Of a stretch of 32,000 nucleotides of DNA, positions 8,105-15,721 are shown one piece after another. The notes beneath the pieces were generated by a model, which was not told the origin of the DNA, did no database searches, and was given only the letters and a program-made list of their open reading frames with translations. Origin of the DNA: Candidatus Nanopusillus sp. GTDB taxonomy: Archaea; Nanobdellota; Nanobdellia; Nanobdellales; Nanobdellaceae. The position numbers and the translations under genes are program-made. Within the stretch, counting starts at the first letter, position 1, and the number at the start of each line of letters is the position of its first letter. The stretch lies in NCBI GenBank assembly GCA_028275775.1, contig JAPWTZ010000004.1:1940-33939 (forward strand). The letters run 5' to 3'.

Positions 8105-9671
8105 TTTGGATTGCTACAACTACATAAGGAAATGATAAGCCATAAGGAGATTGATCAAATGGTACGTATACATATCCATCTTGCATCCAATAAACACCTC
8201 CACACGACCATTCTGATGATAAAGAAAATTCTTGCTCTAGTTCCTGATTGCAAAGCTGATAATTAAAATAATATTCGCTGCATGCAGTAAGAGGGCATAT
8301 AGAACTATAACATATATAGCTTACACCAATTTCACCATTTTGAGCAACAAGTATGCATCCAGATCTCTCCCCCCATTGGTTTTCAAATATCCAACATTTA
8401 GGAGTTCCATACATTTCTTGACATAGTTGAGAATTTATGGTATAGCCAACTAATAGCATGACATGTCCCGAAGTTACATATTCTTCAGGATATATATTTG
8501 GATTAGATCCACCTGTCCCTCCCATCAATCCAGCAACTACTAATGGTCCATAACATAATAAATCTTGGATTATTTGTTGATCGGATAAAGGTCCATTTTG
8601 TGAAAGAAAGATAACATCTTTTGGATAATACAATGGAGAGCTAGGTCCATTATAATTAAAATTACATACATCACCCGGATAGCTATCATAGTTCTGATAT
8701 TCTTCTTGTGGACAATGATTTCCTAAAGTAGATTCATAATAGCTCCATCCAGGATCGGGTGGTATACCGTATTGAGATGTATAATATATGCCATAATATA
8801 AACCAGATGCTGTGGGAATACCATTTTCATTAAAAATAGTCTCACTACCACGACAACCGCTATTGTACTTGCAATAACTTGGAGCATTTGGATAACCATT
8901 ATTACATTCTATTGCTAGATATGCTGGAGATAATTGTAATCCTTCATTTGGTTCGTTATTTCTTATCATATATACTGAAGCAATTCCATTTGAACTAGCA
9001 AAAGCCCAACAATCTCCGCAATCTCCCTGATCCCCTATTGGAGGTATATAGCTATTTCCATTTACATCACCCCAGAAAAAACTTGCCTGTCCAGTATATT
9101 TAACTAGACATTGAGCATTTGGATTAATATTATTATTGTTATTTCCTTGATTATTTCCTCCATTATTATTACTACTTCCCCCATTGTTTTGATTATTATT
9201 GTTTTGATTGTTTTCTGGAGTTATATATATAAGAGTTCCATTTGGTAAATATTCATTTAATATTGTAATTGAATTTTGAAGGTTTGTTGTAATAAAAACA
9301 GTATTATTTGTACTAACAAGATATATATAATTGTTTGGATACAGAAAACTTACATTTTGATTATTATTATATAATGTTACATTCTTGTAAAAATTAATTG
9401 TATAATTGTTATTATTATATTGTATTATTAATTCAGTACCATTTGCAAATAATATAACTCCATTTGGTATATTAACTTTTACATAAGTAGTGCCTTGAAT
9501 ACTATTTATTGTATTCTCTAAATTTTGTAAATTATTAATAAAATTTTCAAATATTAAATTTTCTTGTTGTTTTTTAATATTCATAGAATATTGATAATAT
9601 ATTATAAAAGCTAAAGATATAATTACCAATATTATTGCTACTGAAAGCAAATTTAATTGATATCTTTTCAT
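8085..9671 (-). CDS. Membrane-anchored papain-family (C1A) cysteine peptidase
   Basis: It has an N-terminal TM helix, a Cys-free beta-rich module of about 120 aa, an Asn/Gly linker (nt 9114-9215) and then a papain fold. The catalytic signature is complete. GDQGDCGDCWAFASS supplies Gln215 and Cys221 (nt 9009-9011), SGHVMLLVGY supplies His403, and ENQWGERSG supplies Asn431. Confidence 0.8.
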   Translation of the reverse strand: MKRYQLNLLSVAIILVIISLAFIIYYQYSMNIKKQQENLIFENFINNLQNLENTINSIQGTTYVKVNIPNGVILFANGTELIIQYNNNNYTINFYKNVTLYNNNQNVSFLYPNNYIYLVSTNNTVFITTNLQNSITILNEYLPNGTLIYITPENNQNNNNQNNGGSSNNNGGNNQGNNNNNINPNAQCLVKYTGQASFFWGDVNGNSYIPPIGDQGDCGDCWAFASSNGIASVYMIRNNEPNEGLQLSPAYLAIECNNGYPNAPSYCKYNSGCRGSETIFNENGIPTASGLYYGIYYTSQYGIPPDPGWSYYESTLGNHCPQEEYQNYDSYPGDVCNFNYNGPSSPLYYPKDVIFLSQNGPLSDQQIIQDLLCYGPLVVAGLMGGTGGSNPNIYPEEYVTSGHVMLLVGYTINSQLCQEMYGTPKCWIFENQWGERSGCILVAQNGEIGVSYICYSSICPLTACSEYYFNYQLCNQELEQEFSLSSEWSCGGVYWMQDGYVYVPFDQSPYGLSFPYVVVAIQNVTLAQ

Positions 9672-9707
9672 TATGAGTTAATAATATTTATAAAATTTTA
9701 AAAATTT

Positions 9708-10148
9708 TTAACTTGGATTTTCTATATAAATTGTTACTTCTGTTGGAGAAGTTTTTTCAACAAGTAGTGGTATTTTTTCATTTGGATTTCCATATGATAA
9801 TTCATAAAATAATCCAGAAGTATAATATTGAATCATACTATTTGTTGTATTTATTATTACATTGCATGGCAATGTATAATTGTAGTATTCATCATATATA
9901 TAACAACTTAATAAATTATTATTTGCATAAATATAATTTAAATACTTGTTTATTTCAATATTAATATAAATTTCTGTTCCAGTATTTGAATAACATACTC
10001 TTTCAATTGTTGTATACAAATTCTGGCAAGATGATATATCTTGATATAATAATTGAGTTTGATTATTTATACTTGAAAATTTAAAATATAAATATAAAGA
10101 CAATCCAAAAGCAATAATTGTTACAATTATCCAAAACCACTTTTCCAT
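9708..10148 (-). CDS. Small membrane-anchored protein, paralogue family member (pilin-like architecture)
   Basis: The 146 aa have an N-terminal hydrophobic helix, an SCQNL motif soon after it and a C-terminal beta-strand EVTIYIENPS. The architecture is shared with the three genes upstream. Confidence 0.55.
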   Translation of the reverse strand: MEKWFWIIVTIIAFGLSLYLYFKFSSINNQTQLLYQDISSCQNLYTTIERVCYSNTGTEIYINIEINKYLNYIYANNNLLSCYIYDEYYNYTLPCNVIINTTNSMIQYYTSGLFYELSYGNPNEKIPLLVEKTSPTEVTIYIENPS

Positions 10149-10150
10149 TT

Positions 10151-10564
10151 TTATCCTTGAACATTAATATAAACATAATTTCCTGCCGAATATATTAATA
10201 TATATTCTCCAGGATTTATATTATAATTACAATTTTGCATTACTACATTTGGATCTATACTACTTACATTATTTATTAAATCCTGACATGTAAATGGTTC
10301 TCCTTGATAGTTAATTAAATAGCAAAGACCCTGAGCTTTTTTATAATAACATGCCACTACATCCATTGCAACATCTTGTATCGAATTTACATTTGTTTCT
10401 ACTACAGTTTGTGTACTATTATATTTAGGCATTATACTACTAATGTAAGAAGTTATATTTCCTCTTAATAAAAATATTATTCCTAAAATTACTACTGTAA
10501 CAATTATTCCTATAATTATTAAAAATGTATAATTAACTGGAAGTTCTTGAGACTTTATTGCCAT
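10151..10564 (-). CDS. Small membrane-anchored protein, paralogue family member (pilin-like architecture)
   Basis: The 137 aa have a short polar leader and a hydrophobic helix of about 22 residues. They also carry a TCQDL motif and the C-terminal strand YILIYSAGNYVYINVQG. Confidence 0.55.
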   Translation of the reverse strand: MAIKSQELPVNYTFLIIIGIIVTVVILGIIFLLRGNITSYISSIMPKYNSTQTVVETNVNSIQDVAMDVVACYYKKAQGLCYLINYQGEPFTCQDLINNVSSIDPNVVMQNCNYNINPGEYILIYSAGNYVYINVQG

Positions 10565-11034
10565 ATTACAATATAACTATTGTTGTATATTATAAATATA
10601 CTATTGTATGGATAAATATTTCCATCACTATTATTTAAATGAAATATAATATTATTTGGATTAAATGTGGTATAATTTTGTATATATTGAATTAATATTG
10701 ATGAATTAAGAACAATATTCTCATCTATATAAACATCATAACATATATTAAATAATTTATTTGTATTTACATTATTATTGTAGCAATTTAATATTAATCC
10801 TGTTATATCTGAATAAATTGTATCATTACTTTCATTTGTATACATAACATTTATTGCTGAAGGATAATATTTTTCACATGATGGAGAAAAACCACCTTGT
10901 GATATTAATGTTTGACAATAATATGCTTGAGAATTGCCAAAAAACTTTGTATAAATAATATCTAATATAACTGCAACAGATATTATTGCTATTATAATAA
11001 TAAATACAGTATCTATTGCTATATCATTCTTCAT
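10555..11034 (-). CDS. Small membrane-anchored protein, paralogue family member (pilin-like architecture)
   Basis: The 159 aa start MKND plus a hydrophobic helix. They carry a YCQTL motif and the C-terminal strand IFIIYNNSYIVIWQ. The start overlaps the upstream stop by 4 nt. Confidence 0.55.
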   Translation of the reverse strand: MKNDIAIDTVFIIIIAIISVAVILDIIYTKFFGNSQAYYCQTLISQGGFSPSCEKYYPSAINVMYTNESNDTIYSDITGLILNCYNNNVNTNKLFNICYDVYIDENIVLNSSILIQYIQNYTTFNPNNIIFHLNNSDGNIYPYNSIFIIYNNSYIVIWQ

Positions 11035-11315
11035 ATATAATTAATACTTCCGTTATAAATATATATAATTCTATAGCCTGCAGGTATTGTTATTCCATTT
11101 ATTGTACAATTTTCATTAAGAAATACTTTAATATTAATTATTTCCTGAAAACTTTTATTATATAGATTTTCTAACTGTTGGCAATTAATTGTTTGTATAT
11201 TATTTCCACTCAAATTATTTTTTATATTATAAATATAATAAAAAGAAAATAAACTAGCAGCTATAATTAATATAAAAGTTATTATAATCCAATATATTGA
11301 TTGTTGCAATTTCAT
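11031..11315 (-). CDS. Small membrane-anchored protein, paralogue family member (pilin-like architecture)
   Basis: The 94 aa start MKLQQ plus a hydrophobic helix. They carry an NCQQL motif and the C-terminal strand RIIYIYNGSINYI. The start overlaps the platform gene stop as ATGA. Confidence 0.55.
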   Translation of the reverse strand: MKLQQSIYWIIITFILIIAASLFSFYYIYNIKNNLSGNNIQTINCQQLENLYNKSFQEIINIKVFLNENCTINGITIPAGYRIIYIYNGSINYI

Positions 11316-13282
11316 AATTGTATATTTGTTGGTAAATATGGGCCAAATACTGTATATACTATCAATATTCCTATTATTGAAAATATTACATAAAATATTG
11401 TTCCAAATAATAAATTTCTACCTATATAATATGATGTCATTGTATTATCAAATCCATATTTTATTCCAGCACTCATATATGAAGTTATTATTACATATTC
11501 TATAAAAAATATACCAATTATTGCTTCAAAAAATGTTGGTGGTATTAAATTATATAGATTAAATGTATTTACAATGAAATTGAATAAGTTTGTTCCTCCA
11601 CCAAGGCCAAAAGATTGGTCTATTAATTGAAAGAAATATGCAAGTGCAAAAAGCATTGAAACTACTCCATTATTAAAGACCGTAACCATTCCAGAAATTA
11701 ATGGTACTAGATCTCTTGATGTCATATCTATTAATCCAATTATTTCATTTAATATTTTTCTTACACTATATCTTATGTTATTTACATTTTCTAAGTTTAT
11801 TGATATATTATATGCAATCTTTGATAAAACTTCAGGACCTTTTGATGCAGAAGTAACTAACAATTGCATAGATTCTCTTACTAATTTTGATGGATATAAA
11901 TTTAATGAGCCAATTTTTGGATCAAATATAGAAGTACCTAAATCATAACCTCTTCTTAAATTATATAATGTTGTTTTTAGGAAATTTTCCATAACTCCAG
12001 ATGATTTTATTATTTTATAATTATAATATGTTTTTTCAATTACTATTTCAAATGGATATCCATCTTCCAATAATGATGCAAATTCATATACAACAATTGG
12101 AAACTCATTTTCTATTTCTTCAATTTGATATATTTTTTTAACTTTTTGGAAAGATGTTAAATAATAATAAGATCCTATACCTAAACCCAATCCTAAAGGT
12201 AATGTTAAAGTTAAAACAGAATATATTAATGCTCTATCCTGATAAACTATATTTAAATAATCACTCAAAAATCCTTGTGGAATAAATGTAATCCTTATAG
12301 CTAGAGAAACTAAATGATATATTCCCAAAACTGCAATTGATCCTAATATTATTGAAATTATTATTGCTGGAACTTCCTTATTTCCAATTTTAAATTTTCC
12401 AGGTTTTGGTAAATCTCTTGCTAAGGATAAATCTGGAACAGAAAATGCAAATGGATTTTTTGATAAGAAATTTTGAATTATTAAAAATGTAATAACTGGT
12501 AAAATTATTATATATGAAAATGCTATGAAATAGAAACTTACTGTATTTAATAAAAATACGGATATTATTGGTAACATCATCAAACTAACTATTGGCATCA
12601 TTACTAAGAAAGATACTATAACTGTTGCTGGTTCTTTTAAAGCATCTACATATAACTGGGATTTTTCTAGGGATTTCTTTAATACCCATCCCAAAATTCT
12701 ATCTAATAATTTATTTATATCATCAATAGATGTTTTATATTTAATGTTTACAATATGTGTCATTGCATATACAAAATCTGGACTTAAATAAAACCATCTT
12801 CTCTGATAATATTCTAATGCAGATTCTATATCTTTAAATTTATTTGTTTCTAAGTTATATAATAATGATCTAAAGTCTGTTGCAATATAACCTCTCATAT
12901 AATATGCTACATATTTTATTCCATTCTCTAAATTAGGATTTCTTTTTAGATATAATGATAAATATAGAATTATCCATACAATTTCTGATGTTACCTGAAT
13001 TCTAACTACTTGTGTATAGAATATTGGATAATATGCGAAATAGAATGATAAAATTAATAAAGATATTAACAAAGAAAAAGCAAATTGAAAGCTTACAAAA
13101 CTTAAAATAAAATATATGATTATAGAAAATAATATAAGAGTTATTACGGAAGAGAATATATTATCTGGATTTGTATTTAGTCTATTTAACCATAAATGAA
13201 ATGCATATTTTTTATATATTGGACCAGGAGCTCTTAGTTTTATTAAATTAAAATTATTATAAAAATATTCAAAAAAACTCAT
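11312..13282 (-). CDS. Polytopic membrane protein resembling FlaJ/TadC/PilC platform proteins (two T2SSF-like domains)
   Basis: The 656 aa contain two repeats, each a soluble helical segment of about 120 aa followed by TM helices. The second reads EFPIVVYEFASLLEDGYPFE...LYPSKLVRESMQLLVTSASKGPEVLSKIA, which matches the T2SSF pattern (lP..l..la.ll.aG...PS..l.....l....GG.l...L). The first is a weaker copy. The gene is adjacent to pilin-like genes. This call is from memory, not from an HMM. Confidence 0.55.
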   Translation of the reverse strand: MSFFEYFYNNFNLIKLRAPGPIYKKYAFHLWLNRLNTNPDNIFSSVITLILFSIIIYFILSFVSFQFAFSLLISLLILSFYFAYYPIFYTQVVRIQVTSEIVWIILYLSLYLKRNPNLENGIKYVAYYMRGYIATDFRSLLYNLETNKFKDIESALEYYQRRWFYLSPDFVYAMTHIVNIKYKTSIDDINKLLDRILGWVLKKSLEKSQLYVDALKEPATVIVSFLVMMPIVSLMMLPIISVFLLNTVSFYFIAFSYIIILPVITFLIIQNFLSKNPFAFSVPDLSLARDLPKPGKFKIGNKEVPAIIISIILGSIAVLGIYHLVSLAIRITFIPQGFLSDYLNIVYQDRALIYSVLTLTLPLGLGLGIGSYYYLTSFQKVKKIYQIEEIENEFPIVVYEFASLLEDGYPFEIVIEKTYYNYKIIKSSGVMENFLKTTLYNLRRGYDLGTSIFDPKIGSLNLYPSKLVRESMQLLVTSASKGPEVLSKIAYNISINLENVNNIRYSVRKILNEIIGLIDMTSRDLVPLISGMVTVFNNGVVSMLFALAYFFQLIDQSFGLGGGTNLFNFIVNTFNLYNLIPPTFFEAIIGIFFIEYVIITSYMSAGIKYGFDNTMTSYYIGRNLLFGTIFYVIFSIIGILIVYTVFGPYLPTNIQL

Positions 13283-13286
13283 TACA

Positions 13287-14051
13287 TTAGCTTGTTGTGC
13301 TTGGTATATTATTTAACTGGGAATATGGTACTTGCAATAAGAATTGACATAATGGCATTCCATTGGCATTATTATTTATACCCAATGCTGCGCAATTTCC
13401 AGTTACTGTTAATACTCCATTATTAACTATTAAATTCAAATTACATCCATCTGCAGTATTATAATAGTTAATAATCTTTAATAATGCACCAAATACCTGG
13501 TTTGTAATCCATGTTGGTAATTGTGCAGAACATTGTACTGGACCTGGATTTAATATTGAAGATGGAGAAGAAATTTGAATATTTGCTTGTCCAGATGCTA
13601 CATTAAATGATGTAGTGGAAGAATAATTTCCGAATACATAACTTGTTGCTTGTTCTGGGCTATAATATAAATTATCAATATAATTTTGACATTCTAGATA
13701 CATACAATCTAGAGGTGTTATTGTATATCCTTCATATTGACATTGACTAGAAGAACCTCCATATAATTGTAATAATACACTGCATGGGACAGCATTTGAA
13801 CAAATATAATATCCCGGACTTACTTGTACAAGTCCATTTCCTATATCTTCATACTTTGTACAAAATGTTGTTGGTGAACTTGAACAATAACTTGAACAAT
13901 CTGAAACTGCCTGTTGTATTTGTGTATTTGATATCGTACTAATCTTTGATGATTGCTGCTGGAATAACTTAATTACAACAACTGCTACTACTAACATTAT
14001 TATTATTACAAATATTAACTGTACAGCCATATCTATACCCCTCCTTTTCAT
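13287..14051 (-). CDS. Pilin-like secreted or surface protein (first gene of the operon)
   Basis: MKRRG-IDMAVQLIFVIIIMLVVAVVVIKLF is a short basic leader ending in Gly followed by a hydrophobic helix. This looks like a class III (prepilin) signal but is not a perfect FlaFind match. The mature part has 12 Cys and is rich in Ser, Thr, Asn and Gln. Confidence 0.5.
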   Translation of the reverse strand: MKRRGIDMAVQLIFVIIIMLVVAVVVIKLFQQQSSKISTISNTQIQQAVSDCSSYCSSSPTTFCTKYEDIGNGLVQVSPGYYICSNAVPCSVLLQLYGGSSSQCQYEGYTITPLDCMYLECQNYIDNLYYSPEQATSYVFGNYSSTTSFNVASGQANIQISSPSSILNPGPVQCSAQLPTWITNQVFGALLKIINYYNTADGCNLNLIVNNGVLTVTGNCAALGINNNANGMPLCQFLLQVPYSQLNNIPSTTS

Positions 14052-14071
14052 AATTAAGGATAAACATTTTA

Positions 14072-14090
14072 TTCTTTATAAATATTTTTA
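14072..14090 (-). promoter_or_regulatory. Putative TATA box / promoter of the 12-gene operon
   Basis: The minus strand reads TAAAAATATTTATAAAG, centred about 29 nt upstream of the ATG at 14051. This fits a short-leader or leaderless archaeal transcript. It overlaps the stop of the DUF371 gene. Confidence 0.35.
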
Positions 14091-14495
14091 GTAGTATATA
14101 ATAAATTCCATATCCCTTTCATTCCTTAATCTTTCTATCAATCTTCTATCAATATCAATAGCACTCTTATTTGAATTTATTGCCAAAGTTCTATCATCAA
14201 TATAATTGCTTTTTCTTATAACAATACTTCTATCACTTGTTAATAATAATTTTTTTGAACCATATGCAATTATATCATCTATTAAATCATCAACTTTAAT
14301 TACAATCTTTATTTTTCCTTCATTTAATAGATGATCTTTGAGGTCTTCTGGTAAATCTTTTACAGAGTAATTTGCACTTATACCTATTATGCAATCCCCT
14401 CTTTCAGTTAAATAATTGTCCTTAGTAATTTCTAAAGTACTTCTATGTGTTGCTTTTATTAATTTATTTCCTTTAGCTTTTATTACTAATCTCAT
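14088..14495 (-). CDS. DUF371 domain protein
   Basis: The pattern ATHRSTLEITKDNYLTERGDCIIGISAN...IVIRKSNYIDDRTLAI matches the DUF371 signature (AtHktTlEiTkd..lt.rGDCIiGv...vRkS.f...RT). Confidence 0.65.
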   Translation of the reverse strand: MRLVIKAKGNKLIKATHRSTLEITKDNYLTERGDCIIGISANYSVKDLPEDLKDHLLNEGKIKIVIKVDDLIDDIIAYGSKKLLLTSDRSIVIRKSNYIDDRTLAINSNKSAIDIDRRLIERLRNERDMEFIIYY

Positions 14496-15324
14496 TTAAG
14501 TAATTTAATATTTCTCTTGTAATATTTTTATTTAAATATTTATCAAATCCTTCATATTGGAATATATGATGTAAATCTATTAAATAATATTGATTATCTT
14601 TTAATAGTAGATCAAATGCGAATATTTGTAAGTCACATTTTTCCATAATTTTATATCCAATATCTATTATTTCTTCATCCAATTTATATGGTCTTCCATA
14701 TGCACCTCTACTAATATTTGCCTTAAAACTATTTTTATTAATTCTTTCCATTGCACCAATTGGTTTTCCTATAAAAATTACTCTTATATCTCTTTCATAA
14801 GGTATATATTTTTGAAATATTAAATGTTTTATGTTTATTCTTTTTTCTAATAAATATTTTTCTAAAAAATCATACAGTTCCTTTTCATTATCTATTTTAT
14901 ATACAAATTCCCCCCTATGAATAAATTGATGCTTTATTACCATTGGAAAGCCTATTTTATTTATTACGTATTCTATATTATCTATTGAATATATTTTTGT
15001 GAATTCTGGAATTTCTATATATTTATTAAGAATGCTATAAAATAATGTTTTTGATATTATAGATTCTTTAACATGTATTTTATTTATTACTTCTTTTCCA
15101 TTTTGTTTAAGATATTTTGCTAAAAAATGTATATCTGATAAAAAATTTGATCCGACAAAAAAGTAATATAAATCATAATTCAATATTTTCCCATTATATG
15201 GAAATATATTTTCTTTTTCTATATCAACTATTTCAATGTTATTATAATTTTTTATTTCTTCCTTTAACTTTATTATCCTATAATCTTGTAAATAAGGTTT
15301 TGTTAATATAGCTACTCTACCCAT
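14473..15324 (-). CDS. ATP-grasp ligase, RimK-like
   Basis: The layout is GFPMVIKH...G, then QKYIPYERDIRVIFIG..IGAMERI, then FKANISRGAYG and FAFDLL...YYLIDLH. This is the RimK / glutathione-synthetase ATP-grasp arrangement. It overlaps the DUF371 gene by 23 nt. Confidence 0.7.
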   Translation of the reverse strand: MGRVAILTKPYLQDYRIIKLKEEIKNYNNIEIVDIEKENIFPYNGKILNYDLYYFFVGSNFLSDIHFLAKYLKQNGKEVINKIHVKESIISKTLFYSILNKYIEIPEFTKIYSIDNIEYVINKIGFPMVIKHQFIHRGEFVYKIDNEKELYDFLEKYLLEKRINIKHLIFQKYIPYERDIRVIFIGKPIGAMERINKNSFKANISRGAYGRPYKLDEEIIDIGYKIMEKCDLQIFAFDLLLKDNQYYLIDLHHIFQYEGFDKYLNKNITREILNYLNEISNKS

Positions 15325-15374
15325 TTCTAATATCTGAGAGGTAAAGTTATAAGTTTTTTATAAAAAATAAATAA

Positions 15375-15689
15375 ATGGTTAAATCTACTAAAAAGCCTAA
15401 ATCTAAAAAAACTTCTAAGGCTAATCAACCTAAAAAAAGTTTGAGAGAATTATCGGAAATTGATATAACAAAACATTATTTAGTACCAAAACATATAATA
15501 TTATCTGAAGAAGAAAAGAAAGAACTATTAGAAAAGTATAAAGTATCTTTATCAGATTTACCAAAGATTAAAATCTCAGATCCTGCGTTAAAGAATCTAA
15601 ATGCTAAGCCAGGGGATATTGTTAAGATTATAAGAAATAATCCATGGATTGGAGAAGAAATATATTATAGGGTTGTTGTTGAAGATTAA
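15375..15689 (+). CDS. rpoH: DNA-directed RNA polymerase subunit H (Rpo5)
   Basis: [32 protein letters not shown]...DP...GDIVKIIR...YRVVV is the RpoH/Rpb5 C-domain signature. It sits upstream of rpoB. It carries an extra N-terminal Lys-rich extension of about 30 aa. Confidence 0.9.
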   Translation: MVKSTKKPKSKKTSKANQPKKSLRELSEIDITKHYLVPKHIILSEEEKKELLEKYKVSLSDLPKIKISDPALKNLNAKPGDIVKIIRNNPWIGEEIYYRVVVED

Positions 15690-15721
15690 ACTTATAAGGA
15701 TATCATATATATAAATAAAAA

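Noticed and set aside
9713-9964. An 83 aa plus-strand ORF
   Set aside because: It is antisense to 9708..10148, which fits the operon (coupled spacing, TM helix, shared CQxL and C-terminal strand motifs). The antisense product is a Leu/Tyr/His-rich compositional artefact.
2485-14051. Canonical class III (prepilin) signal peptides on all operon proteins
   Set aside because: Only 13287..14051 has a basic leader ending in Gly (KRRG). The others begin MKNQ, MKND, MKEQ, MKLQQ or MKRYQ and lack the [KR]-[GA] cleavage motif. I therefore describe them as pilin-like or signal-anchor proteins, not as proven type IV pilins.
15117-15311. A 64 aa plus-strand ORF, and similar short antisense ORFs at 21887..22108, 24623..24820, 24991..25206, 25750..25953, 27277..27471, 29166..29354 and 31178..31393
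   Set aside because: Each lies opposite a gene with clear family motifs (RimK-like, rpoA'', rps7, pdaD, xerA, P0, secE/nusG, FKBP). Each translates to low-complexity Leu/Phe/Ile strings.
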